From Eledone cirrhosa (taxonomy: Eukaryota): a DNA stretch of 64,000 nt. The notes under the pieces are model-generated. The model saw nothing but the letters and a program-made list of their open reading frames with translations, was not told the origin of the DNA and ran no database searches. Position 1 is the first letter of the stretch. Each line of letters opens with the position of its first letter. Below, in pieces: positions 40,925-54,014 of the stretch. The stretch lies in NCBI GenBank assembly GCA_964016885.1, contig OZ024748.1, positions 59,458,001-59,522,000 of the forward strand, in the 5' to 3' direction. Position numbers and translations under genes: made by a program.

Positions 40925-41145
40925 CCCTTTAGCATTTAAACCGGACATATCCGGCCAGAACTCTCTTACTTCTTTCTCTTTAAATCAGCTGTAACTAGCC
41001 ACTCATACTGATGTTAAGGTATTATTCTCAAAATAAATAATATCAAAATCTCATAGATTTTATGTTATGTGAGATAATTATGTGAGGTAAAGCCTTTACT
41101 GTGAAAATATAATAATAAATATAAAGTAATGTAAATGCTAAAGGG
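40925..41145 (+). mobile_element. Intact piggyBac-type MITE, 221 bp
   Basis: TTAA|ccctttagcattta...taaatgctaaaggg|TTAA. Confidence 0.88.
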
Positions 41146-41615
41146 TTAAAGTGTTTACATCTTTTATGTAAGAACTTGGTGGATCTATGATAAAACACTC
41201 TATTTTAAAGTGTTTATAACTAAATTATAACCTTACATCATAATTTCTGATAACTTAATGGAAATGTTGTATTACTAAATCTTCCAAATTCTTGATTATT
41301 TTCAAAATTAATTGAAAACTATTCAATATATTTCATAAGAAATATGCTCATGAAATAGTTAGTGTTTCATCTCCAAGACAAAGTTAAAAGTCTGAAAATT
41401 TATATTACTAATTTCTAGAATGATATATTTTTATCCCTTTTTTTCATTGTTACTTTGTTTAAACCTTTTCTTTACCATATTTTTACTGAAATATACTGCT
41501 AATATGCTTCAGTTAACTTTGAAAATAATCAAAAATTTCGAGGAATTTTGTAAAATAAATTTCTTTCATTATTAAGTTGAGTCAGTCATAATATCCATCT
41601 TTAAAAAAAAAAAAA

Positions 41616-41735
41616 AGGTGGTGGATTGGCAGCATTTGGTAGAGCGTTAGACAACATGCTTTGTGGCATAGAGTTGTGGCTCTTCAGTTCTGAGTTCAAA
41701 TTCTGCTGTGGTTAACTTTGCTTTTCATCCTTGGT
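41616..41735 (+). mobile_element. 3'-truncated SINE A abutting the satellite
   Basis: ggtggtggattggcagc...gagttcaaattc...gttaactttgcttttcatcc. Confidence 0.75.
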
Positions 41736-41744
41736 AGGATTGGT

Positions 41745-43985
41745 TGGTTTCGCGGTGGTTTATTTTCTTGTGGGGTTGATTCCAGATTGTGTTGGTTTTC
41801 AGGTGTGGTTGTTTCAGGTGGGGCTGGTTTCAGGGTGGTTTATTTTCTTGTGGGGTTGATTCCAGATTGTGTTGGTTTTCAGGTGTGGTTGTTTCAGGTG
41901 GGGCTCGTTTCAGGGTGGTTTATTTTCTTGTGGGGTTGATTCCAGATTGTGTTGGTTTTCAGGTGTGGTTGTTTCAGGTGGGGGTTGATTCCAGATTGTG
42001 TTGGTTTTCAGGTGTGGTTGTTTCAGGTGGGGGTTGATTCCAGATTGTGTTGGTTTTCAGGTGTGGTTGTTTCAGGTGGGGCTCGTTTCAGGGTGGTTTA
42101 TTTTCTTGTGGGGTTGATTCCAGATTGTGTTGGTTTTCAGGTGTGGTTGTTTCAGGTGGGGGTTGATTCCAGATTGTGTTGGTTTTCAGGTGTGGTTGTT
42201 TCAGGTGGGGCTCGTTTCAGGGTGGTTTATTTTCTTGTGGGGTTGATTCCAGATTGTGTTGGTTTTCAGGTGTGGTTGTTTCAGGTGGGGGTTGATTCCA
42301 GATTGTGTTGGTTTTCAGGTGTGGTTGTTTCAGGTGGGGCTCGTTTCAGGGTGGTTTATTTTCTTGTGGGGTTGATTCCAGATTGTGTTGGTTTTCAGGT
42401 GTGGTTGTTTCAGGTGGGGGTTGATTCCAGATTGTGTTGGTTTTCAGGTGTGGTTGTTTCAGGTGGGGCTGGTTTCAGGGTGGTTTATTTTCTTGTGGGG
42501 TTGATTCCAGATTGTGTTGGTTTTCAGGTGTGGTTGTTTCAGGTGGGGCTGGTTTCAGGGTGGTTTATTTTCTTGTGGGGTTGATTCCAGATTGTGTTGG
42601 TTTTCAGGTGTGGTTGTTTCAGGTGGGGCTCGTTTCAGGGTGGTTTATTTTCTTGTGGGGTTGATTCCAGATTGTGTTGGTTTTCAGGTGTGGTTGTTTC
42701 AGGTGGGGCTGGTTTCAGGGTGGTTTATTTTCTTGTGGGGTTGATTCCAGATTGTGTTGGTTTTCAGGTGTGGTTGTTTCAGGTGGGGCTGGTTTCAGGG
42801 TGGTTTATTTTCTTGTGGGGTTGATTCCAGATTGTGTTGGTTTTCAGGTGTGGTTGTTTCAGGTGGGGCTCGTTTCAGGGTGGTTTATTTTCTTGTGGGG
42901 TTGATTCCAGATTGTGTTGGTTTTCAGGTGTGGTTGTTTCAGGTGGGGCTCGTTTCAGGGTGGTTTATTTTCTTGTGGGGTTGATTCCAGATTGTGTTGG
43001 TTTTCAGGTGTGGTTGTTTCAGGTGGGGGTTGATTCCAGATTGTGTTGGTTTTCAGGTGTGGTTGTTTCAGGTGGGGCTCGTTTCAGGGTGGTTTATTTT
43101 CTTGTGGGGTTGATTCCAGATTGTGTTGGTTTTCAGGTGTGGTTGTTTCAGGTGGGGGTTGATTCCAGATTGTGTTGGTTTTCAGGTGTGGTTGTTTCAG
43201 GTGGGGCTCGTTTCAGGGTGGTTTATTTTCTTGTGGGGTTGATTCCAGATTGTGTTGGTTTTCAGGTGTGGTTGTTTCAGGTGGGGGTTGATTCCAGATT
43301 GTGTTGGTTTTCAGGTGTGGTTGTTTCAGGTGGGGCTCGTTTCAGGGTGGTTTATTTTCTTGTGGGGTTGATTCCAGATTGTGTTGGTTTTCAGGTGTGG
43401 TTGTTTCAGGTGGGGGTTGATTCCAGATTGTGTTGGTTTTCAGGTGTGGTTGTTTCAGGTGGGGCTCGTTTCAGGGTGGTTTATTTTCTTGTGGGGTTGA
43501 TTCCAGATTGTGTTGGTTTTCAGGTGTGGTTGTTTCAGGTGGGGGTTGATTCCAGATTGTGTTGGTTTTCAGGTGTGGTTGTTTCAGGTGAGGCTCGTTT
43601 CAGGGTGGTTTATTTTCTTGTGGGGTTGATTCCAGATTGTGTTGGTTTTCAGGTGTGGTTGGTTTCAGGTGGGGCTCGTTTCAGGGTGGTTTATTTTCTT
43701 GTGGGGTTGATTCCAGATTGTGTTGGTTTTCAGGTGTGGTTGGTTTCAGGTGGGGCTCGTTTCAGGGTGGTTTATTTTCTTGTGGGGTTGATTCCAGATT
43801 GTGTTGGTTTTCAGGTGTGGTTGGTTTCAGGTGGGGCTCGTTTCAGGGTGGTTTATTTTCTTGTGGGGTTGATTCCAGATTGTGTTGGTTTTCAGGTGTG
43901 GTTGGTTTCAGGTGGGGCTCGTTTCAGGGTGGTTTATTTTCTTGTGGGGTTGATTCCAGATTGTGTTGGTTTCAGGTGGGGCTGG
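41745..43985. repeat. GT-rich satellite: 80-bp unit with 45-bp subunit (80/125/79-bp periodicities)
   Basis: ggtggtttattttcttgtggggttgattccagattgtgttggttttcaggtgtggttgtttcaggtggggctcgtttcag repeated almost perfectly. Confidence 0.97.
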
Positions 43986-44034
43986 TATTAAAATGGTTAA
44001 TTATAATTTGTTATTTCTTTATTCTATTTTACAG

Positions 44035-44169
44035 GTGATCCATGATGTTCATCTTGAGCCAGCCCACATCATACGTAAGAGAAGTATCGACCAACCACTC
44101 CGTATTTACTTACATTATGACAAAAGTGTATCACTTTTACCATCGAGGAAATATCGGGATTTACTCAAA
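44035..44169 (+). CDS. LMLN: LMLN exon 2
   Basis: ttttacag|GTG...AAA|gtaggt, 135 nt; VIHDVHLEPAHIIRKRSIDQPLRIYLHYDKSVSLLPSRKYRDLLK resembles vertebrate LMLN [31 protein letters not shown]; basic RKR site. Confidence 0.93.
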
Positions 44170-44439
44170 GTAGGTTCTAATTGTTACTTTTGTAGTTGTA
44201 GTGGTGGCGGTGGTGGAAGTTGTTGTTGTTGTTGTTACTGTTGTGGTAGTTGTTGATGTGGTAGTTGCTATTGATGTTTAGCCCTAGGTCAACTCTGATT
44301 TGGGGGAATATTTTTACACAATGCAATTGGAAGGAATCTAGTTTTCATGAAAACTTAGTGAAAGTAATTGAGATGTTTCAGTCTTGTTACATTTCCTCAG
44401 TGAAGCATATTTACTCAGCAAGTTGGCTTGACTAAAATT

Positions 44440-44473
<34 letters not shown>

Positions 44474-44762
44474 TGCATGGTCCTGTGACTCCATGAGTAC
44501 CGTAGTGGTACCGCCTTGCTTCCCTGGGCATGGATTCATTGAAGCTCCGACGTCTGGCAATGGACTTGGTAAACACCCACAAAGTTATTAACCATGAGGT
44601 TGGTGTTAGGAAGGGCATCCAGCTGTAGAAATCAAGCCAGAATCAGTTCCCGTATGAGCAAGACAAGGTCAGCCGACTGGATACTGCCCACAACAGGACA
44701 ACCTGTCTAACCCATGGTAGCGTGGAAGAATGGACGTAAAACGATGATGATGATGACAATGA

Positions 44763-44838
44763 TAGGCTGTTCCAAAAAATGTATACACACTTTGGTTAGA
44801 ATACTGTTGAAGTATATATACATTTTTGGGACACCCTG
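44763..44838. mobile_element. ~76-bp Tc1/mariner-type MITE
   Basis: taggctgttccaaaaaatgtatacacactt / aagtatatatacatttttgggacaccctg|TA inverted termini. Confidence 0.7.
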
Positions 44839-45109
44839 TATATATAGGAAAAGGGAAAAGATTTGTATGCTGACTGTGTCAACAAAGGGTGTGTGTATGT
44901 GTGCACATATATTTTTGAATGTTATCCAACCATCTAACTCTTGGGCTACCTCTAGGTTTCCTACAGTTTGGCCTTGCCTGTAAAATCTGTCCTTAAACAT
45001 GTCAATAGTACTGAGGCTATGACCCCCTCAATTCAGAGTAGAAGCAGTTTTAACTGGAGTGATTGCTTGTTTATTGTATTATATTATTTTATATTTTCTT
45101 TTATTCCAG

Positions 45110-45192
45110 AAAGATATTTTACCCAAAGCTGTCCGTTACTGGCAAGATACACTCAGGGTTAGAGCCACACGTGTCCCAATTCGACTACGAAG
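45110..45192 (+). CDS. LMLN: LMLN exon 3
   Basis: ttattccag|AAA...AG|gtatgt, 83 nt; KDILPKAVRYWQDTLRVRATRVPIRLR(R) resembles LFPQAISYLEKTFQVRR...ILLSR; phases 0/2 fit neighbours. Confidence 0.92.
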
Positions 45193-45828
45193 GTATGTAT
45201 TATATATATATAGATATATATAATGTATAATAAACCATACAATATAATTACCTCATTACCAGAGGTTTCCCGAAGAAGATGAATATGAAAAACGTCCTCA
45301 TTCGTTCGTCGGACGAGGCAATTTAAAACATAGTGAAATATTTGGAAAGTCTCCTCAAGAAATGCAAGAGTTTAACGGGCAAAAAATATATAAATAAAAG
45401 TAATGCAGGAGATATACAAAAAGATAAGGAAATATAGTTAGGGTATGTGTATATGTATGTATATACACTCACAAATGTACATATGTGTGTATGTACAAAT
45501 GCATGTGTATGGTGAAAATGTGTGCATAAGTACATATATGAGGGCAAGTATATTTGTGTATATGTGACCACAAATACGTATATAATATGAGTTGAAAAAG
45601 GAAATTGTAAGATAATATAGTTAACACGCATCCAGATACAGGTATTAAATACACACGAGTATGAAAGCATGCGTATAAACACACACACACGCGCAGTCAT
45701 TTATATGCGGAAGATAAAGAGGGAAGGGAGTGTAATAGTAAAAAGAAGTGTCATTCTCGATATATGTATAAAAATAAAACAATATATGAGAATGAAAAAA
45801 TTTTTTAAATCAAAGAGAAAGTAATCAA

Positions 45829-45872
<44 letters not shown>

Positions 45873-46065
45873 TTGATTGGTCACCAATCTGTCCAGCTCG
45901 TTTGACTACCAGCATATCATGGAAAAAAATTATACATCTCATATGTATTTTGTCTGAAATATATATATTATATATATAATAAAATAAATAGAGATGATAT
46001 AAAGTATATATCTTTCATTTATTACTATTATTATTATATAGATATCTAAGGCAAAGTTAACCTGG

Positions 46066-46178
46066 GTGAGTTCAAATCCCGCTGAGGTTAACTTTGCCTT
46101 TCATCCTTACGGGGTCGATAAAATAAAGTACCAGTAATGTACTGGGTAATTGCTGGCCTTGTGCCAAAAGTAGAAACA
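46066..46178 (+). mobile_element. 5'-truncated SINE A
   Basis: gagttcaaatcccgctgaggttaactttgcc...ccaaaagtagaaac. Confidence 0.85.
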
Positions 46179-46199
46179 ATTATTATATAGATATATAGG

Positions 46200-46416
46200 T
46201 ATGCGAGTCCCAGGTTCAGTCGGGGGTAACCACAATAAGTAAGGTACTCAATACATTAGTAAAGTGTATGCAACAAATTTAATATAGAAATGGGTTCTAC
46301 AGGACTAGAACTGTTTCATTCGAAAGGAACTGATCAGGAAACGGCTTTCCTCATGATTTCCTTCGAATGAAACAGTTCTAGTCCTGTAGAAGCCATTTTT
46401 TTATATTAAATTTGTT
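46200..46416. mobile_element. Penelope-like terminus with ~70-bp-arm palindrome; related to 17432-17560 and 10160-10240
   Basis: 46272-46341 is nearly the reverse complement of 46346-46416; shared ggtaaccaca..aaggta.tcaatac. Confidence 0.6.
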
Positions 46417-46429
46417 AAGGTGATGGAAG

Positions 46430-48400
46430 GGGTGTGATGATGGTGGTGGTGGTGGTGGTGGCAGTGACGGTGTGTGTGGTGGTGGTGGTGGTGGCGGCGG
46501 CAGGGGTGTGATGGTGGTGGTGGCAGTGGCGGTGTGTGTGGTGGTGGTGGTGGTGGCAGTGGCGGTGTGTGTGGTGGTGGTGGTGGTGGTGGTCTTCCTC
46601 CAGTCATGTTCATCTGTTCTACTATCAGTTTCATTTCAGATTTAGTTACTTATCTGTTGGTGTAACATAGAAATATTAAAACAATATATAGAATAAAATA
46701 AAGTACTATAACAACAACAACAATAACAACTATAACAACAATAACAACAACTATAACAACAATAACAAGCACCACCACAACAACAACAATTATAACAACA
46801 AGCACCGCCACAACAACAACAACAACTATAACAACAAGCACCACCACAAGAACAACAACAACTATAACAACAAGCACCACCACAAGAACAACAACAACTA
46901 TAATAACAAGCACCACAACAACAACAATAACAACAACAACAACTATAACAACAAGCACGACAACAACAACAACAAATATTATAACAATAACCACAACAAC
47001 AGCAACAAGAAGCACAACTATTATAGCACTGAAAGCAGCAACTACAACAGCAACAACAACCATAACAACAACAACCACAACAACCACAACAATGATGAGA
47101 TTTATCTCAAAATGTCTCTGCTGCAAGGTTTCCCTTGTTTTGTAATATATTCTATTATTATCTAGATACCACCACCACCACCACCAACACCACCATCTTC
47201 ACTGCCACCATCTTTACCACCACCACTGCCACTGCCACCTCTATCACCACCAGCACCACTGCCACCACCACCTCTACCACCACCTCTACCACCACCTTTA
47301 CCACCACTACCAGCACCTCTACTACCACCACCACCACCTCTACCACCACCACCACCACTACCTCTACCACCACCACCGCCACCTTTACCACCAGCACCAG
47401 TACCTCTACCACCACTATCACTACCACTACCACCACCACTGTTGCTGTTGTTGTAGTTGTTGTTGTAGTTGTTGTTGTAGTTGTTGTTGTTGCTATTGTT
47501 GTTGTTGTTATTGTTCCATTAATAAATACATCACTCATAGCTAGAATGGTGGAAGTGTTAAAGAGAGAATTTGACATTTTGACATCTTGGTGTTGGAAAC
47601 CTTGTAAAATAGATAGTGGTGGTGGTAGTGGTTGTGGTGGTGGTGGTAGTGGTTGTGGTGGTTGTGGTGGTAGTGGTTGTGGTGATGGTGGTGGTTGTGG
47701 TGGTGCTAGTGGTTGTGGTGGTGGTGGTGGTGGTGGTGGTGGTGGTGGTTGTGGTGGTGGTGGTGGTGGTGGTTGGGGTTATGGTGGTAGTGGTTGTGAT
47801 GATGGTGGTGGTGGTAGTGGTTGTGGTGGTGGTGGTAGTGGTGGTAGTGGTTGTGGTGATGGTGGTTGTGGTGGTGGTGGTAGTGGTTGTGATGATGGTG
47901 GTGGTGGTAGTGGTTGTGGTGGTGGTTGTGGTGATGGTGGTAGTGGTTGTGGTGGTGGTGGTAGTGGTTGTGGTGATGGTGGTAGTGGTTGTGATGGTGG
48001 TAGTGGTTGTGGTGGTGGTGGTGGTGGTAGTGGTTGTGGTGATGGTGGTAGTGATGGTGGTAGTGGTTGTGGTGATGGTGGTGGTGGTAGTGGTTGTAGT
48101 GGTTGTGGTGATGGTGGTAGTGGTTGTGGTGATGGTGGTAGTGGTGGTGGTGCTGGTTGTGGTGATGGTGGTGGTGGTGGTAGTGGTTGTGGTGATGGTG
48201 GTGGTATGGTGGTGGTAGTAGTGGTTGTGGTGATGCTGGTGGTGGTAGTGGTGGTGGTGCTGGTTGTGGTGATGGTGGTGGTGGTAGTGGTTGTGGTGAT
48301 GGTGGTGGTGTTGTGGTGGTTGGTGGTAGCGTGGTGGTGCTGGTGGTTGTTATTGTGTTGGAGTTAGTGGTGACTGTGATGGTGATGATGGTGGGTGATT
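46430..48400. repeat. Compound (GGT)/(ACA)/(ACC) microsatellites
   Basis: Direct inspection. Confidence 0.92.
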
Positions 48401-48424
48401 TATCTATTATCTGTTTTCACCTTT

Positions 48425-48785
48425 TCTTAAAGGGGTGTATGTAATCAACTAGTGTGATGGTATATCTACGACCAACACTCCATCTTAAAGGGGTGTATGT
48501 AATCTACTAGTGTGATGGTATATCTACTACCAACACTCCATCTTAAAGGGGTGTATGTAATCTACTAGTGTGATGGTATATCTACTACCAACACTCCATC
48601 TTAAAGGGGTGTATGTAATCTACTAGTGTGATGGTATATCTACTACCAACACTCCATCTTAAAGGGGTGTATGTAATCTACTAGTGTGATGGTATATCTA
48701 CTACCAACACTCCATCTTAAAGGGGTGTATGTAATCTACTAGTGTGATCTAGTACGAACACCTCATGTTAAAGAGGTGTATGTAT
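48425..48785. repeat. 58-bp minisatellite, ~6 copies
   Basis: tcttaaaggggtgtatgtaatctactagtgtgatggtatatctactaccaacactcca repeated. Confidence 0.93.
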
Positions 48786-49906
48786 TACGTCATCTACAGG
48801 GAGGACACTGTATGTGATGGTTGATATGCTGAGGTTGTATCTGTAGAGTTCTATGGACGAGGAGTAAGTGTAGTTGCCATTTATGACCCTTTTGCTGAAA
48901 CTGGAGTCCTCATTCAAGCTAAAACCTATATTAACACCCATCAAGCTCTCACAGCTCTCTACCCTTCATTGGAGCTTCAGTTTCATTCAAGCTAAGACCA
49001 AGGTTAGCACCCATCAAATTCTTACAGTTCTCTACACCTCACTGGAACTGCAGTTCTCGTTCAAGCTAAGGCCTAGATTACCACCTATGAAGCCCTCACA
49101 GCTCTCTACACCTCAGGCAGTGAGGACAATGGTACATCAACTCTTGATCCTATAGAGGATTAGAAGAGGTCAAGAATTGTGTTCTTAGGGAGACGCTGGG
49201 TCATCAATGAAAATCAAGCACCACTACCACACCACCACTGCCACAGTCACCACCACAACACCAGCACCACAGTCACCACCACCACCACTAACACCACCAC
49301 CACTAACACCACCACCACAGTCACCACTAACACCACCACCACAGTCACCACCACCACCACAGTCACCACCACTACCAACAACACCACCACCACACCACCA
49401 CCACCACCACCACCACAGTCACCACCACCACCACCACAACACCACCACCACTACCACAGTCACCACCGCCACCTCAGTCACCACCATACCACCACCACCA
49501 CACCACCACCACCACAACACCACCACCACTACCACAGTCACCACCGCCACCTCAGTCACCACCATACCACCACACCACCACCACCACACCACCACCACTA
49601 CCACCACCACCACCACCACCACCACCACCACAGTCACCACCACCACCACCACAGTCACCACCACCACCACCACCACCACCACCACTGTCATTAACTACCA
49701 AATACATTGGAATCTTCAAGTTAATTACTTGCTCCACTAGTTCAGTCAGTCACTCAGAAAATGGTACTTCATTCTCTCTCTCTTTATCTCTCTTTATCTC
49801 TCTCTATATCTCTCTATCTCTCTCTCACTCTATCTCTACCTCTCACTCTCTCACTCTCTCTCTACCTATCTATCTCTACATCTCTCTCACTTCATACCTC
49901 TCTCTA

Positions 49907-49955
<49 letters not shown>

Positions 49956-50424
49956 ATCTCTCTCTATATCTCTCTACCTATCTATCTCCACCTCTCACTC
50001 TCTCACTCTATCTCTACATCTCTCTCTCACTTCATACCTCTCTCTACATCTCTTTCTCTCTCTCTCTCTCTCTTTATCTCTATATCTCTCTACCTATCTA
50101 TCTCCACCTCTCTCTCTTTCTCTATATCTCTCTACCTATCTCCACCTCTCTCACTCTCTCTACATTTCTCTTTCTCTCTATATATCTACCTATCTCTCTC
50201 TACATCTCTATCCCTACCTCTCTATTTCTCTCACTTTCTCTACCTATCTCTCTCTCTCTCTTTATCTCTTTCCTTTTATCTTTCTCTTTCTCTTTAACCT
50301 TTATATCTCAACCTTTGCCTCTCCCCTCACTCATCCCCTTCCTCTCTTTCCACCTCCCTCTCTCTTCAACTCCTTCTCTTACCCCTCCTCCTTTTCACTC
50401 TTCACCTTAATCACATTGCTCCCC

Positions 50425-51120
50425 CCCCCACCGCAATCACATCACCCTCCCCCTATCTATCCCCCAGTCTCTCCCCTCTCCCCACCACAATCACATCACC
50501 CTCCCCCTATCTATCCCCCAGTCTCTCCCCTCTCCCCACCACAATCACATCACCCTCCCCCCATCTATCCCCCAGTCTCCCCCCTCTCCCCACCACAATT
50601 ACATCACCCTCCCCCTATCTATCCCCCCCTCTCCTACATCAACTTCAACAACAGTTTCATAAAAACTCATCTGCACATTAAATTTCTCCACTGTTGTCCT
50701 GATGTGTTTAATGATGCACACTGCATCTTCCAGTGCACATTGTGTCATTTAATGATGCACACTGCATCTTCCAGTGCACATTGTCATTTAGGCACACACT
50801 GCCTCTTCCAGTGCACATTGTGTCATTTAATGGTGCACACTGCATCTTCCAGTGCATATTAAGCCATTTAATGGTGCAAACTGCATCTTCCAGTGTACAT
50901 TATGTCATTTAATGGTGCAGGCTGCATCTATCAGTTCACAATACACCACAATGGTGCACACTGCACCTTCCAGTGCACATTACACCATTTAATGGTGCAC
51001 ACTACATCTTACATTTCACATTACTCCACAATGGTGTGCACTGCATCTTCCAGTGCACATTACACCATTCTCTGCACATCTTCCACTGCACATTACACCA
51101 TCCTCTGCACATGTGCACCA
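50425..51120. repeat. C-rich ~54-bp minisatellite (x4) followed by a degenerate ~40-bp tgcacactgcatcttccagtgca array
   Basis: Direct inspection. Confidence 0.85.
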
Positions 51121-51140
51121 CTGTTTATTCATGTCTTTAA

Positions 51141-52707
51141 CCCTTTAGTGGTCAAACCGGCCAAAACCGGCCAGAATTCTCTGTTGAAACTGGCTGCAAC
51201 TGGTCGCTCAAATTGGTGTTAAGGTATTGTTCTCAAAATAAATACTTTCAAAATCTCATAGATTTAATATTATGTGAGATATTATGTGAGGTAAAGCCTA
51301 TACCATGAAAATATAATAGTACATATAGAGTAATGTGAATGTTATGTGAGATATTATGTGAGGTAAAGCCTTTACCATGAAAATATAATAGTACATATAG
51401 AGTAATGTGAATGTTATGTGAGATATTATGTGAGGTAAAGCCTATACCATGAAAATATAATAGTACATATAGAGTAATGTGAATGTTATGTGAGATATTA
51501 TGTAAGATAAAACCTTTACCATGAAAATATAATAGTATATATAGAGTAATGTGAATGTTATGTGAGATATTATGTAAGATAAAACCTTTACCATGAAAAT
51601 ATAATAGTATATATAGAGTAATGTGAATGTTATGTGAGATATTATGTGAGGTAAAACCTTTACCATGAAAATATAATAGTATATATAGAGTAATGTGAAT
51701 GTTATGTGAGATATTATGTAAGATAAAACCTTTACCATGAAAATATAATAGTATATATAGAGTAATGTGAATGTTATGTGAGATATGTGAAGTAAAGCCT
51801 TTACCATGAAAATATAATAGTATATATAGAGTAATGTGAATGTTATGTGTGGTAAAGCCTTGACCATGAAAATACAATAGTATATTTAGAGTAATGTGAA
51901 TGTTATGTGAGATATTATGTGAGGTAAAGCCTTTACCATGAAAATATAATAGTATATATAGAGTAATGTGAATGTTATGCGAGATATTATGTGAGGTAAA
52001 GCCTTTACCATGAAAATATAATAGTATATATAGAGTAATGTGAATGTTATGTGAGATATTATGTGAGGTAAAACCTTTACCATGAAAATACAATAGTATA
52101 TATAGAGTAATGTGAATGTTATGTGAGATATTATGTAAGATAAAACCTTTACCATGAAAATATAATAGTATATATAGAGTAATGTGAATGTTATGTGTGG
52201 TAAAGCCTTGACCATGAAAATATAATAGTATATATAGAGTAATGTGAATGTTATGTGAGATATGTGAAGTAAAGCCTTTACCATGAAAATATAATAGTAT
52301 ATATAGAGTAATGTGAATGTTATGTGTGGTAAAGCCTTGACCATGAAAATACAATAGTATATTTAGAGTAATGTGAATGTTATGTGAGATATTATGTGAG
52401 GTAAAGCCTTGACCATGAAAATATAATAGTATATATAGAGTAATGTGAATGTTATGTGAGATATGTGAAGTAAAGCCTTTACCATGAAAATATAATAGTA
52501 TATATAGAGTAATGTGAATGTTATGTGAGGTAAAGCCTTTACCATGAAAATATAATAGTATATATAGAGTAATGTGAATGTTATGTGTGGTAAAGCCTTG
52601 ACCATGAAAATATAATAGTATATTTAGAGTATGTGAATGTTATGTGTGGTAAAGCCTTGACCATGAAAATATAATAGTATATTTAGAGTAATGTGAATGC
52701 TAAAGGG
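51141..52707 (+). mobile_element. piggyBac-type MITE expanded by ~21 internal tandem units (72/69/60 bp)
   Basis: TTAA|cccttt...taaaggg|TTAA; the repeat unit equals the right internal segment of the 221-bp MITE at 40925. Confidence 0.9.
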
Positions 52708-52759
52708 TTAAATTCTGAATGTTCTTTCCCCATATATTTAATTGTATACTCTTTTATTT

Positions 52760-53973
52760 TATTTGTTGTTGTTGTTTGTTATTGTTGTTGTTCATGGTGT
52801 TGGTGGTGGTGGTGTTGTTGGTGGGGGTGGTATTTTTGTTGTTATTGTTGTAGTTGGTGGTGGTGGTCTTGTTGGTGTTGTTGTTGGTTGTTATTGTTGT
52901 TGGTGTTGTTATTGTTATTGCCGTTGTTGTTGGTGTTAGTGTTGTTGTTGCTGGTAGTGTTGGTTGTTGTTGGTGTTGTTGTTGTTGTTGTTGTTAGTGT
53001 TATTGTTGTTGGTATTGTTGTTGTTGCTGGTAGTGTTGGTTTTTGTTGGTGTTATTGCTATTGTTGTTGTTAGTGTTATTGTTGTTGGTATTGATGTTGT
53101 TGTTGCTGGTAGTGTTGGTTGTTGTTGGTGTTATTGCTGTTGTTGTTGTTGTTGTTATTGTTGTTAGTAATGCAGTTGTTATTGTTGTTATTGTTGGTTG
53201 TTATTCTTTGTTGTTGTTGTTTAATTTCTATTTTCCTTCAACTGTTTTACAGGAAAAGTTTTTGTTTATTTGTGGATATGTCTGTGTCTGTGTGAGTGTG
53301 TGTATTTGAGTGTGCATGTGCATTTGTGTGTGTGTATGTATATGTGTGTCTGTGTGTGTGTGCGTGTGAGTGTGTGTATTTGAGTGTCCATGTGCATTTG
53401 TGTGTGTGTATGTATATTTGTGTCTGTATATGTGTGCGTACATGTATATAACAGTAACGAGTATATAACAGTAACAACAACAGTAACAACAGTAACAACA
53501 ACAACAGTAACAACAGTAACAACAGTAACAACAACAACAGTAACAACAGTAACAACAACAGTAACAACAACAATAACAACAGTAACAACAACAGTAACAA
53601 CAACAGTAACAACAACAACAGTAACAACAACAGTAACAACAACAACAGTAACAACAACAGTAACAACAGCAGTAACAACAACAGTAACAACAACAGTAAC
53701 AACAGCAGTAACAACAACAGTAACAACAACAGTAACAACAACAGTAACAACAACAGTAATGATGAAGACTGGTGGTTGTGTATTTGTTGTTTGGTTGGTT
53801 GGGTGTCTACTGTAGCATTTCACTAAACTAGAGAAAGTAGGAAGTCCAGGGTTGTGTTTGATCTGTGATTACTGAACAACATGGAAGACAACTGGAGGCA
53901 GGGGAGATAGGGAGGTATAGTGGGAGGGAGGGAGGTGAATTGAGAGAGAGAAGGGGAGAGGGAGATATAGTGG

Positions 53974-54014
<41 letters not shown>

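Noticed and set aside
41718-44038. Repetitive ORFs up to 385 aa and CRISPR-like periodicity
   Set aside because: Pure tandem satellite without unique spacers or cas genes, in a eukaryotic intron.
51248-52605. 368-aa repetitive ORF
   Set aside because: Translation of the MITE-internal minisatellite.
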